The position numbers and the translations under genes were made by a program. A DNA stretch of 64,000 bases from Syntrophorhabdaceae bacterium (lineage in GTDB: Bacteria; Desulfobacterota; Syntrophorhabdia; Syntrophorhabdales; Syntrophorhabdaceae): positions 2,048,001 through 2,112,000 of the forward strand of contig OY762209.1 of NCBI GenBank assembly GCA_963665295.1. Reading direction: 5' to 3'. The notes under the pieces are model-generated. The model saw only the letters and a list, made by a program, of their open reading frames with translations. It was not told the DNA's origin and made no database searches. This document shows, piece after piece, positions 27,403 to 35,826 of this stretch (position 1 is its first letter; each line of letters begins with the position of its first letter).

Positions 27403-27495
27403 TTCGTTGCAGCTTGCTGCAAGGTAAAACGGGTAGGTGTCTGCAACAGAGGGTCTTTCCCCTGACAGCCCGTAGCTTGCCGCAGGGAGGTTCAT
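27403..27495 (-). mobile_element. Possible decayed non-autonomous palindromic element (REP or IS200/IS605-end-like)
   Basis: Minus strand has two related GC-AA-GC hairpins about 60 nt apart: GAACCTCCCTGCGGCAAGCTACGGG and CCTTGCAGCAAGCTGCAA; no transposase nearby. Confidence 0.4.
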
Positions 27496-27625
27496 TACGG
27501 GGCTACTCCATTATGGTACGGCCCCGCTTTGCGATTCAATCTATCTTCGCGCCCGGAAGTCCGGGCCGTCGCGCCCTCCCTTACCTGCGTGCTGCCTGCC
27601 GGCGGGGAAGCCCCGTGGTGTGGAA

Positions 27626-27661
27626 TAGTAAAGGGCCGGAATTGCTTCCGGCCCTTTACTA
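27626..27661 (-). terminator. Strong hairpin downstream of acs (between convergent genes)
   Basis: TAGTAAAGGGCCGGAA-TTGC-TTCCGGCCCTTTACTA, 16-bp perfect inverted repeat. Confidence 0.75.
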
Positions 27662-27736
27662 CGTCCCTAATGATACAAATAAGCGATGGTGGAGGCCCCG
27701 GCGAGTTGTAAGACGGCCGGGCCCTCCTTTTTGGCA

Positions 27737-29704
27737 CTAACCTAATTTTTTCCTTCCATCAACCAGATCGTCAACGACGGTCGGCTCCGCGAGGGTCGAA
27801 GTGTCGCCGAAATCCTCGAACTTGGCGGCTGCAACCTGTCTCAGGACACGACGCATGATCTTGCCCGATCTCGTCTTGGGAAGCCCGTCGGCCCACTGAA
27901 TCTGATCCGGTGAGGCGATGGGTCCGATCTCCTTACGCACGAGGGCGACGAGGTCCGCTTTGAGCTTATCCGTCTTTTCCGCGCCCGTGTTCAATGTGAC
28001 GAATGCAAAGATTCCCTGGCCCTTGATGTCGTGCGGGAATCCCACGACAGCCGATTCGGCTACCATGGGGTGGAGTGTCAGTGCGCTTTCGATCTCGGCG
28101 GTTCCGAGCCTGTGGCCGGAAACATTGATAACGTCGTCAACCCTGCCGGTGATCTTGTAGTCGCCGTCCGCGTCCCGCTCCGCGCCGTCACCTGAGAAGT
28201 AGTAGCCCGGGAACTGGACGAAATAGTTTTTCTTGAACAGGTCGGGATTGCCGAATACTCCCCTCATCATGCCGGGCCAGGCTCCCTTTATGCAAAGTGC
28301 TCCCTTGCCCACGCCCGTGATCTCTTTACCGTCCTCGTCCATGATGGCCGGCTTTACGCCGAAGAAAGGCACCATGCACTTGGCGGGTTTGATGTCAATT
28401 GCGCCGGGCAAAGGCAGGATCATGTGTCCGCCTGTTTCCGTCTGCCACCAGGTGTCGGAGATCGTGCACCTGCTGCCGCCTACCTTGTCATAGAACCACC
28501 ACCAGGCTTCGGGGTTCAGCGGCTCGCCGACGGAGCCCAGAACGCGGAGCGATGAAAGGTCGTGCATTTCCACCCACTGGTTTCCCTCTTTGGCCACCGC
28601 GCGGATTGCGGTCGGAGCGGTATAGAAGTTATTGACATTGTATTTCTCCACGACCTGCCAGAAGCGGTCGAAGCCGGGATAGCTGGGAACGCCTTCGAAG
28701 ATGATGCTGCTGTGGCCGTTGGTGAGAGGCCCGTAGACGCAATAGCTGTGACCGGTTACCCAGCCGATGTCGGCCGTACACCAGTATGTGTCTTCTTCCC
28801 GCACGTCGAAGGCAAGCTGCTGTGTCATGGAAGCATAGAGCAGGTAGCCGCCGGTCGTATGGAGAACGCCCTTGGGTGTTCCCGTGGAACCCGAGGTGTA
28901 GAGGATGAACAGCGGGTCTTCGGCATCCATTTCCTCAGGCTTGCAGTACTTCGCCGCTTTTGCCATCAGGTCTTCGTACCAGATGTCCTGGCCTTCCTTC
29001 ATGTCGACTTTCGTGCCGGTTCGTTTTACGACGATCATGTTCTTTATCGTAGGACACTGGGCGGCCGCGTTGTCTGCGTTCACTTTCTGCGGCACTGCCT
29101 TGGCGCCCCTGTATGTGCCGTCACAGGTGATGAGCAGGGTGGACTTGCAGTCGTTGATCCTGTCTCTCAATGCTTCCGCGGAGAAACCGCCGAATACGAT
29201 GGCGTGGATTGCGCCGATCCTGGTACAGGCGAGCATGGTGATGACCAGTTCGGGGATCATGGGGAGATAGATGGTGACCACATCGCCTTTCTTGATGCCC
29301 ATATCCTTGAGGACGTTGGCGAACTTGTTCACTTCGCGGTACACATCCCAGTAGGTGTAAACCTTCCAGTCGTTGGGGTCGTTGCCTTCGAAGATGATGG
29401 CAGCCTTGTTTTTCTTTGTCTCCAGGTGCCTGTCGAGGCAGTTGTAACTTACATTGAGCTTTCCGCCTTCAAACCATTTCACGTGAAGGTCGTCGCCGAA
29501 AGAGCAGTCAGAGACTTTGTTCTTGTCGAAAGGTTTGAACCAGGTCAATCTCTTTAAGGCCTGCTCCGCCCAGAAGGCGTCAGGGTTTTCGATGGACTCT
29601 TTGTAGAGTTTGTCGTACTCCGCTCTGCTTTTGATGTACGATTTTTCCCTCACCCTGTCAGGAACGGGAAATACTTTGTCGTAGAAATCAGTTTCGTTAG
29701 CCAT
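27737..29704 (-). CDS. acs: AMP-forming acetyl-CoA synthetase
   Basis: LYTSGSTGTPKGV, WCTADIGWVTGHSY, DTWWQTETGG, PKTRSGKIMRR; start placed at ATG 29704 behind a GGAGG RBS. Confidence 0.98.
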   Translation of the reverse strand: MANETDFYDKVFPVPDRVREKSYIKSRAEYDKLYKESIENPDAFWAEQALKRLTWFKPFDKNKVSDCSFGDDLHVKWFEGGKLNVSYNCLDRHLETKKNKAAIIFEGNDPNDWKVYTYWDVYREVNKFANVLKDMGIKKGDVVTIYLPMIPELVITMLACTRIGAIHAIVFGGFSAEALRDRINDCKSTLLITCDGTYRGAKAVPQKVNADNAAAQCPTIKNMIVVKRTGTKVDMKEGQDIWYEDLMAKAAKYCKPEEMDAEDPLFILYTSGSTGTPKGVLHTTGGYLLYASMTQQLAFDVREEDTYWCTADIGWVTGHSYCVYGPLTNGHSSIIFEGVPSYPGFDRFWQVVEKYNVNNFYTAPTAIRAVAKEGNQWVEMHDLSSLRVLGSVGEPLNPEAWWWFYDKVGGSRCTISDTWWQTETGGHMILPLPGAIDIKPAKCMVPFFGVKPAIMDEDGKEITGVGKGALCIKGAWPGMMRGVFGNPDLFKKNYFVQFPGYYFSGDGAERDADGDYKITGRVDDVINVSGHRLGTAEIESALTLHPMVAESAVVGFPHDIKGQGIFAFVTLNTGAEKTDKLKADLVALVRKEIGPIASPDQIQWADGLPKTRSGKIMRRVLRQVAAAKFEDFGDTSTLAEPTVVDDLVDGRKKLG

Positions 29705-30021
29705 TGTTTCCTCCTTGTCCTTGAGTGTTTTACCAGGCATACAGACCGACAGGACCGATATGTCTGATTTATGTATCTTTTTTCCGGGAAAAGAAGTGAT
29801 TTTGCTTTCTGCGGCAACGATAAGCGCTATTTTCTTCTTTTCATGGATGATATAGAAGGATAGAATATATAAATCGGTTTGGGTATCGGCATGGGGATGA
29901 TTTCACTGTGGGCCATACACTTACAAACCGTCGGCGACCGGCCGACCGGCCGTGCGCGCGGGCACCCTGAGGGAAAAAGGATCGGTCAAGGATCACTTTG
30001 TGGTTGTGAGAACCATGCCTT

Positions 30022-30600
30022 ATGGCGTATAATAATCGAGAAATGTCAAGGAGAAGGGGAGGAAGGTCCGGCGCAGTGAACGAATCTCGGCCACAGCCGT
30101 CTTTACAGTCCCCCGGTGGCGCTCCCGCACCGCAGCCTGCCCCTGCGAGCTCCAGTCGCGGCGCGCGTCCCCCGGCCCATCTGTCCGACGAACTTAAGGA
30201 TATCTTCGAGAAGGCGGCTGAGAGGGCGAAGAACGATCTGGCCCATACAGGGAAGATCCGGCCCACCGCGTTCTTTGTCTATACGGACGGTACCATGAAG
30301 GTGGTGTCCCTGTCCTACAAGGACGACCTGCACCGGGAAATACTCATTAGGAGAATCCGTGAGAAGGCATCGGCGGAAAACGTTTCCGAAGTCCTCGTGC
30401 TCACGGAAGCCGAGCAGGGACGGCACACCATGACCGTTCTGTCGGCCGCAACCGCCGCCACCCGGATAGACTACACTTATAGTAAGGAAGCAAAGACCGT
30501 CACCTCATGGAAGATCATCTGGCTCGACAGGCCTGTAAGAAACGTCTTCCTCAACGGTATTTTCGACAAGGACAAGAGCATCAAAGGCTTTACAGGCTGA
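30022..30600 (+). CDS. Hypothetical protein with Pro/Arg-rich N-terminal tail and an alpha/beta domain
   Basis: 192-aa ORF filling the gap, protein-like composition; family not recognised; start uncertain. Confidence 0.7.
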   Translation: MAYNNREMSRRRGGRSGAVNESRPQPSLQSPGGAPAPQPAPASSSRGARPPAHLSDELKDIFEKAAERAKNDLAHTGKIRPTAFFVYTDGTMKVVSLSYKDDLHREILIRRIREKASAENVSEVLVLTEAEQGRHTMTVLSAATAATRIDYTYSKEAKTVTSWKIIWLDRPVRNVFLNGIFDKDKSIKGFTG

Positions 30601-30731
30601 ATCACCGTTTCTGAGACAAAACCCGCAAACCACATTAACGAGGGATCCATTGAGCAGATAGGGTCCGCCGCGGAGTGCAGCCCGGGTCCGGCGTTGCCGG
30701 ACGGGCGGCCTCCGGTACTTTCTGTGTTTTA

Positions 30732-30760
30732 TTGACATGGCAGGCGGATATTTCTATACT
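30732..30760 (+). promoter_or_regulatory. sigma70 promoter of the serine hydrolase gene
   Basis: TTGACA-N17-TATACT. Confidence 0.75.
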
Positions 30761-30807
30761 CCCCTTCATGAGAGGAAATCCTATTGCCGCGGAAAAAGGG
30801 GGAAGTA

Positions 30808-32832
30808 ATGTCAAAAGCAGGAATTATGAGGGCTATGTATCTGTGTTGCGCCCTGGTTGCGGCCTTTGTGTCCGCCGGGGAGGCGGGAGCGCAAATGCCC
30901 TATGAGAAGGCAATCGTCACGGCCCGCAGCGGGATCTGGCAGGCCATAAACAGCGGCGGATGCGGGAGCGCCACCGTCGCCATAATGGTGGACGGGAACG
31001 CCGTGTATGCCGAGGGATTCGGCATGGCGAACAGGGAGAAGGGCATCCCTGTCGATGCAGCCACAATCTTCAATATCGGCTCCATCAGCAAGGTCTATGC
31101 GGCAACGGCAATCATGCTGCTCGTTGACGAAGGTAAGGTGTCCCTCGATAAACCGGTGACACACTATCTTCCGGAATTCACAATGGCCGACGACAGGTAC
31201 AGGTTGATCACCGTAAGGATGACGTTGAACCACACATCGGGCATGCCGGGGACCGAGGGCGCGAATTCCTTCGGGTTCAGATACGATGACAATATAAAGC
31301 GGGAAACCATGGATACCCTGGCCCGCGCCCACCTCAAGCACGCCCCCGGCGCAATGGCGGTCTACTGTAATGACGGGTTTACGCTGGCGGAAATGATAGT
31401 GGAGCGGGTGAGCGGAAAGAAATACATCGATTTTCTCGACGAAAGAATATTCCGCCCCCTGGGCCTGAAAAATACGGGGGTAAGCGTTGGCGGGATCAAG
31501 GGCAAGCCTGTGGCGCTGTATTATGACTCGAAGACAGGAAAACGCCACCCCCCTGAAGTGCTCTCGATCCTGGGCGCGGGCGGGCTGTCGTCAACCGCCG
31601 GGGAGCTTTGCCTCTTCATGGACATCTTTTCGCCGGAAAACAAGCTCCTGACGAAGGCGTCTCTCGATGAGATGAAGAGAGCCCAGCCTTCGTCTTTCGT
31701 GGGGAAGTTCCGGAACCCCACTATTTCCTATGGGCTGGGCTGGGACCTTACGGGTCTCCCGCGGTATGACGCGGCGGGAGTTCAGGTGCTGGGCAAGAGC
31801 GGCGGCACCGGAAACTACTCGTCCATGGTCTTCACGGTTCCCGAAAAGAGGATATCCGTTGCGGTCATTGCGTCCGGAGCCCAAAGCGGTGCGCTGAAGA
31901 TCGCATTGGACGTATTGGACGCGGTGCTGGTTGAGAAGAAGCTGGTTCCAAAGGAAGAGAAGGGCATCGCGATACCGCCGGAAGCAAAGAAATTGCCCCA
32001 CGATTACGCCGCCTCGGGCGGTTATTACGGGAGCGACACCAGGTTAGGCCGGGTAGTGTTCGACCCGGACAAGAACAGTGTCACCCTGTACATCTTTAAG
32101 GAGCAGACGAAAACACCGGCAATCACCCTCGTATACAATGACGGCTATTACCACGATACAGAGGGCAACCGGTACTATTTTACCGACATGGGTGGCGAAG
32201 GTTATCTGGTGAACTGCCCGTCCATGGCCGTGATCGATACGATCACCATGCAAAAAGTCAAGGCCATGGAAAACCCTCAAAGCCTCAGGATCGATATGGA
32301 CGGCAAAGTATGGCTCAGGCGCAATGTTTCGCCTTTCGAGTCGGTTATCGCGGTGGATTCGCATCTTTCAAAATCACTGTTGTACAAAGACCTGCCGGGA
32401 TATGTGTTTTTCAACGGCATCAAAAGGATCACTTCTCCTCGATTCGGCGGTATGTCCTTTGACTCTATCCGTGACCAGACGGAGCTTACCCTCTTTGAAC
32501 AGGATGGGGCCACCTGGGCATGGGTTTCGGACCTGCTCTACAGCCCCGCGGAGAAGGCCGCTCTATTGAAACCCGGGGAGAATTCCGTGAAAATAGGGAC
32601 CCGGGGATACAATGAATGGCTGGCGGTAAAGGAAGACATGGTCCTAAACTTCACAAAGCCGGAAGAGGGAAGGATAATCGTAATCGCCCCCGACGACACC
32701 GCTACCTACGACAGCGCCCTCGATAAAGGCGGCACCTTCGCCGCCCGGGGCAGTTACATCGAAGCGGCGGGTTTTGCGGGCCATGTCTTTACCATAAAAG
32801 GCCGGCCTACATCGACAGGTGAAAGGAAGTAA
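30808..32832 (+). CDS. Secreted serine hydrolase, class C beta-lactamase/D-peptidase family, with C-terminal extension
   Basis: Signal peptide (YLCCALVAAFVSAGEAGA), SxxK (FNIGSISK), YxN (YCND), KSG (GKSGGTG); start placed at ATG 30808. Confidence 0.9.
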   Translation: MSKAGIMRAMYLCCALVAAFVSAGEAGAQMPYEKAIVTARSGIWQAINSGGCGSATVAIMVDGNAVYAEGFGMANREKGIPVDAATIFNIGSISKVYAATAIMLLVDEGKVSLDKPVTHYLPEFTMADDRYRLITVRMTLNHTSGMPGTEGANSFGFRYDDNIKRETMDTLARAHLKHAPGAMAVYCNDGFTLAEMIVERVSGKKYIDFLDERIFRPLGLKNTGVSVGGIKGKPVALYYDSKTGKRHPPEVLSILGAGGLSSTAGELCLFMDIFSPENKLLTKASLDEMKRAQPSSFVGKFRNPTISYGLGWDLTGLPRYDAAGVQVLGKSGGTGNYSSMVFTVPEKRISVAVIASGAQSGALKIALDVLDAVLVEKKLVPKEEKGIAIPPEAKKLPHDYAASGGYYGSDTRLGRVVFDPDKNSVTLYIFKEQTKTPAITLVYNDGYYHDTEGNRYYFTDMGGEGYLVNCPSMAVIDTITMQKVKAMENPQSLRIDMDGKVWLRRNVSPFESVIAVDSHLSKSLLYKDLPGYVFFNGIKRITSPRFGGMSFDSIRDQTELTLFEQDGATWAWVSDLLYSPAEKAALLKPGENSVKIGTRGYNEWLAVKEDMVLNFTKPEEGRIIVIAPDDTATYDSALDKGGTFAARGSYIEAAGFAGHVFTIKGRPTSTGERK

Positions 32833-33168
32833 GGGATTCGGACACCGGGGAAGCGGCGCTTGTCCTGCCCGTCTCCCCGGCTCCATTTGACCGCCGGGAC
32901 GACGCCGCACCTGGAAGCGTTCGTCAAGCCGGTTCTTCGGATAGGGGCGCGGGATCTTGCAAAGGGGGCCGTCCTTTGCGTACATCGATAGGATCGTGTA
33001 AATAATCAGGAGCTTCAGACAAGGATTTTCCGGGGTCGGTCAGTATAATAGATATACTCCCGGGACGTCCACGGCCATCCCGATGGGGAATGATTATAGT
33101 GAAAGCGCGGCCCGTTGATGGGGATGCCGCCATGCATCACCTGTTGTTCGGATCTAAGGAGGAATAAT

Positions 33169-33699
33169 ATGGGAGTTGGTATTCAAGGTTCAGGATTGAC
33201 GGAGCGCAAAAAGGTACTGGTTGCCTATTTTTCCCACAGCGGCAACACCCGTGAAATTGCCGAAGAGATTCATGAGAATGTGGGGGGCGGCATCTTTGAG
33301 ATTAAGGCCGCAGAGTCCTATCCCCATGATTACGACGCAGTGGTAAAGAGGGCAAAACAGGAGTTGGACCCGGACTACAGGGCGGAATTGAAAGCGAAGA
33401 TCGAGAACATCGAGTCCTACGACATGATCTTCATAGGATACCCCAACTGGTGCGGCACCATCCCCGCTCCGGTGGGAACCTTCCTGTGGGAAAACGATTT
33501 CTCGGGGAAAACCATCATACCCTTTTGCACGCACGAGGGAAGCGGTTTCGGGCGAAGCATTTCGGATATCTCCAAGCTTTGCCCGGAATCGGCATTGCTT
33601 GACGGCATTTCCATCCGGGGAAGAGATGTAAAAACCGCCCGGAAGGAGATATCCGAGTGGCTGCGAACGATTAAGATAGGGGACAAAAAGATCGATTGA
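33169..33699 (+). CDS. Flavodoxin (flavodoxin_4 type)
   Basis: VAYFSHSGNT, IFIGYPNW, IIPFCTHEGSG; start placed at ATG 33169 behind TAAGGAGG. Confidence 0.93.
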   Translation: MGVGIQGSGLTERKKVLVAYFSHSGNTREIAEEIHENVGGGIFEIKAAESYPHDYDAVVKRAKQELDPDYRAELKAKIENIESYDMIFIGYPNWCGTIPAPVGTFLWENDFSGKTIIPFCTHEGSGFGRSISDISKLCPESALLDGISIRGRDVKTARKEISEWLRTIKIGDKKID

Positions 33700-33714
33700 G
33701 GAGGAGATACTATT

Positions 33715-34881
33715 ATGTTGAACTTTGATTTTTACAATCCCACGCGGATCCTGTTCGGAAAGGACAGGCTTGACGGCATTGATAGGTATGTTCCTGCCGG
33801 TGCCGTTGTCTTGATAACCTATGGAGGCGGAAGCGCCGGAAAGAGCGGCCTTATAGACAGGGTCAAAGCGGTGCTCGGCAGCAGGAAGGTCCATGAATTC
33901 GGCGGAATAGAACCGAACCCCCGTTTTGAAACACTGATAAAAGCGGTGGATATCATAGGGAATGAGCATATCGATTTCCTGCTTGCCGTGGGTGGAGGGT
34001 CTGTCATTGACGGAACCAAATTTATAGCCCTTGCATCTTGTTACGAGGGCGATCCACGGGACCTGTTGAAGTATGCGCTGGCCCCTGTTCCTTTGGATGT
34101 AGCAAAAAGGGCAATGCCCTTCGGAACGGTGCTGACCTTGCCTGCCACCGGCTCTGAAATGAATTGCGGAGCCGTAATCAGCTACGGTCACGGAAAATAC
34201 CCCGTCATGAGTGAGTTGACCTTCCCCAGGTTTTCCATATTGGATCCCACCATTACTTTTACCCTTCCCGGGATTCAGGTTGCCAACGGAGTGATTGACG
34301 CATTTGTGCACGTAGTTGAGCAGTACCTTACATATCCTGTCGATGCCAGGGTGCAGGACCGTTTCGCCGAGGGTCTTTTGCAGACATTGATCGAAATAGG
34401 TGAGACTACAGTTGGTGAGTCCGGGAATTACGATGCACGGGCAAACCTGGTGTGGAGCGCAACCCTTGCGTTGAATGGGGTAATCGGTGCGGGGGTTCCC
34501 CAGGATTGGACGGCTCACATGATCGGACACGAGCTTACCGCCTTATATGGCATCGACCACGGGCAGACCCTGGCCATCGTGCTGCCGTCATTACTGGAGG
34601 TGCGTCGCGAACAAAAACGGTCGAAACTTCTGCAGTATGCAGAACGGGTATGGCATATCGAAAGAGGCAGCGAAGACGAAAGGATAGACCTGGCAATTCG
34701 GAAAACCAGGGAATTCTTCGAAAGCCTCGGCGTAAAGACCCGGCTGTCTCAATATGGCCTCGGACCTGATAAAATACCGGTCGTTGTTGAACATCTGAAG
34801 GCCCACGGGATGACGGCGCTTTCGGAGACCCGGGACGTTACATTGGATATAAGTCGAAGGATTCTCGAAGGGGCATTGTGA
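33715..34881 (+). CDS. yqhD: NADPH-dependent iron-type alcohol/aldehyde dehydrogenase
   Basis: TYGGGS, GIEPNP, AVGGGSVIDGTKFI, TLPATGSEMN, QDWTAHMIGHELTA. Confidence 0.93.
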   Translation: MLNFDFYNPTRILFGKDRLDGIDRYVPAGAVVLITYGGGSAGKSGLIDRVKAVLGSRKVHEFGGIEPNPRFETLIKAVDIIGNEHIDFLLAVGGGSVIDGTKFIALASCYEGDPRDLLKYALAPVPLDVAKRAMPFGTVLTLPATGSEMNCGAVISYGHGKYPVMSELTFPRFSILDPTITFTLPGIQVANGVIDAFVHVVEQYLTYPVDARVQDRFAEGLLQTLIEIGETTVGESGNYDARANLVWSATLALNGVIGAGVPQDWTAHMIGHELTALYGIDHGQTLAIVLPSLLEVRREQKRSKLLQYAERVWHIERGSEDERIDLAIRKTREFFESLGVKTRLSQYGLGPDKIPVVVEHLKAHGMTALSETRDVTLDISRRILEGAL

Positions 34882-35005
34882 CATTCCTCCATTGATTCGC
34901 CCCTGTACGCCGTAGGACGGGGCATTTCGAACTGCCTGTGCCGGGGCGGGAAGCCTACAGATGCGACGCGTCGCGTATGCCTGCAACATGGGGCTGATAC
35001 TTCTA

Positions 35006-35034
35006 TTGACATACCGAGCGGTATGTAATAAGAT
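35006..35034 (+). promoter_or_regulatory. sigma70 promoter with an embedded TetR-type operator
   Basis: TTGACA-N17-TAAGAT; perfect palindrome ACATACCG-AG-CGGTATGT at 35009-35026. Confidence 0.75.
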
Positions 35035-35149
35035 TGGGGTGGATTACTGCCGCAAGAGGTCGGCCGCCGGCCCGGACCGTGGAGAACCAATATCGGTTTG
35101 AACCGGATTCAGAGGACATAAGGGAATACGCGCAGAGGAGAGAAACGGC

Positions 35150-35521
35150 ATGGCAGGGACATTTCAGATAAGCTTGCTTAAAGACGCCTTCATCGGCAAA
35201 AGAGTATCATCGGAAAAGTTGGACCACTTCGGCTGGGAGAGACAATCGACAAGGATGGACGGCAAACCCGAAGGACCAGGCGAGCCATGGGTGCATTCAA
35301 ACACTTTCCTCTCCCAGAAAGACACGAACAACGATCAACGTCCGGAATTCGAAGAGTACATTATACTTGCCCTACAACATTCAGGGTCAAAGATCATCGA
35401 TATCTTTTGCGCCGCCTTCGCAAAGCCGGACGTACCTGAAATGGGCGTCTTCGAGCCGCATTATCTCTTCCGGCCCGACTATGATAAAGCGGTGGAACTG
35501 ATTTCCCAAGTCCTGGCATAG
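35150..35521 (+). CDS. Hypothetical protein (123 aa)
   Basis: GAGGAG RBS and its own promoter; no recognised family. Confidence 0.65.
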   Translation: MAGTFQISLLKDAFIGKRVSSEKLDHFGWERQSTRMDGKPEGPGEPWVHSNTFLSQKDTNNDQRPEFEEYIILALQHSGSKIIDIFCAAFAKPDVPEMGVFEPHYLFRPDYDKAVELISQVLA

Positions 35522-35593
35522 GTGTTGAATCGTTGAAGAAGATCCCGACCGTCCTTACAGGACATCACCTTGCCCCTCCTCGCGGGAATGCCG

Positions 35594-35636
35594 TGTGACA
35601 TAGATCACATATGCCGCCCCGGTCCCGGAATACAAT
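35594..35636 (+). promoter_or_regulatory. Class II CRP/FNR-family promoter of the HD-GYP gene
   Basis: TGTGA-CATAGA-TCACA (35594-35609) and -10 TACAAT (35631-35636), placing the site centre near -41.5. Confidence 0.75.
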
Positions 35637-35826
35637 TTGATAAGGGACACACGCTTTGCGCGGACGTTCCGCAGTTTTCCCACATTGGTCGCAACGTGTC
35701 TTATACTTTGATATGGGGCTTCATTGAGCGCAAAAGGGGGACAGGATAAAAGACAGACCGAACACGGATTTAACGCCTGCTGAAGAGATATCCGCTCTAA
35801 AACAAAGAATCCGGGAACTGGAAAGG

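Noticed and set aside
27420..27485. c-di-GMP-I riboswitch-like words (GGTAAAAC...GGGTCT...GACAGCC...TTGCC)
   Set aside because: No GAAA-tetraloop P2 stem or GCAAA junction, and it lies between convergent gene ends; the twin-hairpin reading fits better.
30808..32832. Antibiotic-resistance beta-lactamase
   Set aside because: The motifs fit the broad serine hydrolase/D-peptidase family, and the long C-terminal extension is unlike AmpC; resistance cannot be inferred.
33190..34530. 446-aa minus-strand ORF spanning flavodoxin and yqhD
   Set aside because: Antisense to two well-supported genes; no recognisable motifs.
34895..34930. GCCCC...GGGGC hairpin after yqhD as a second REP-like element
   Set aside because: Short imperfect stem with no convincing partner or copy in the window.
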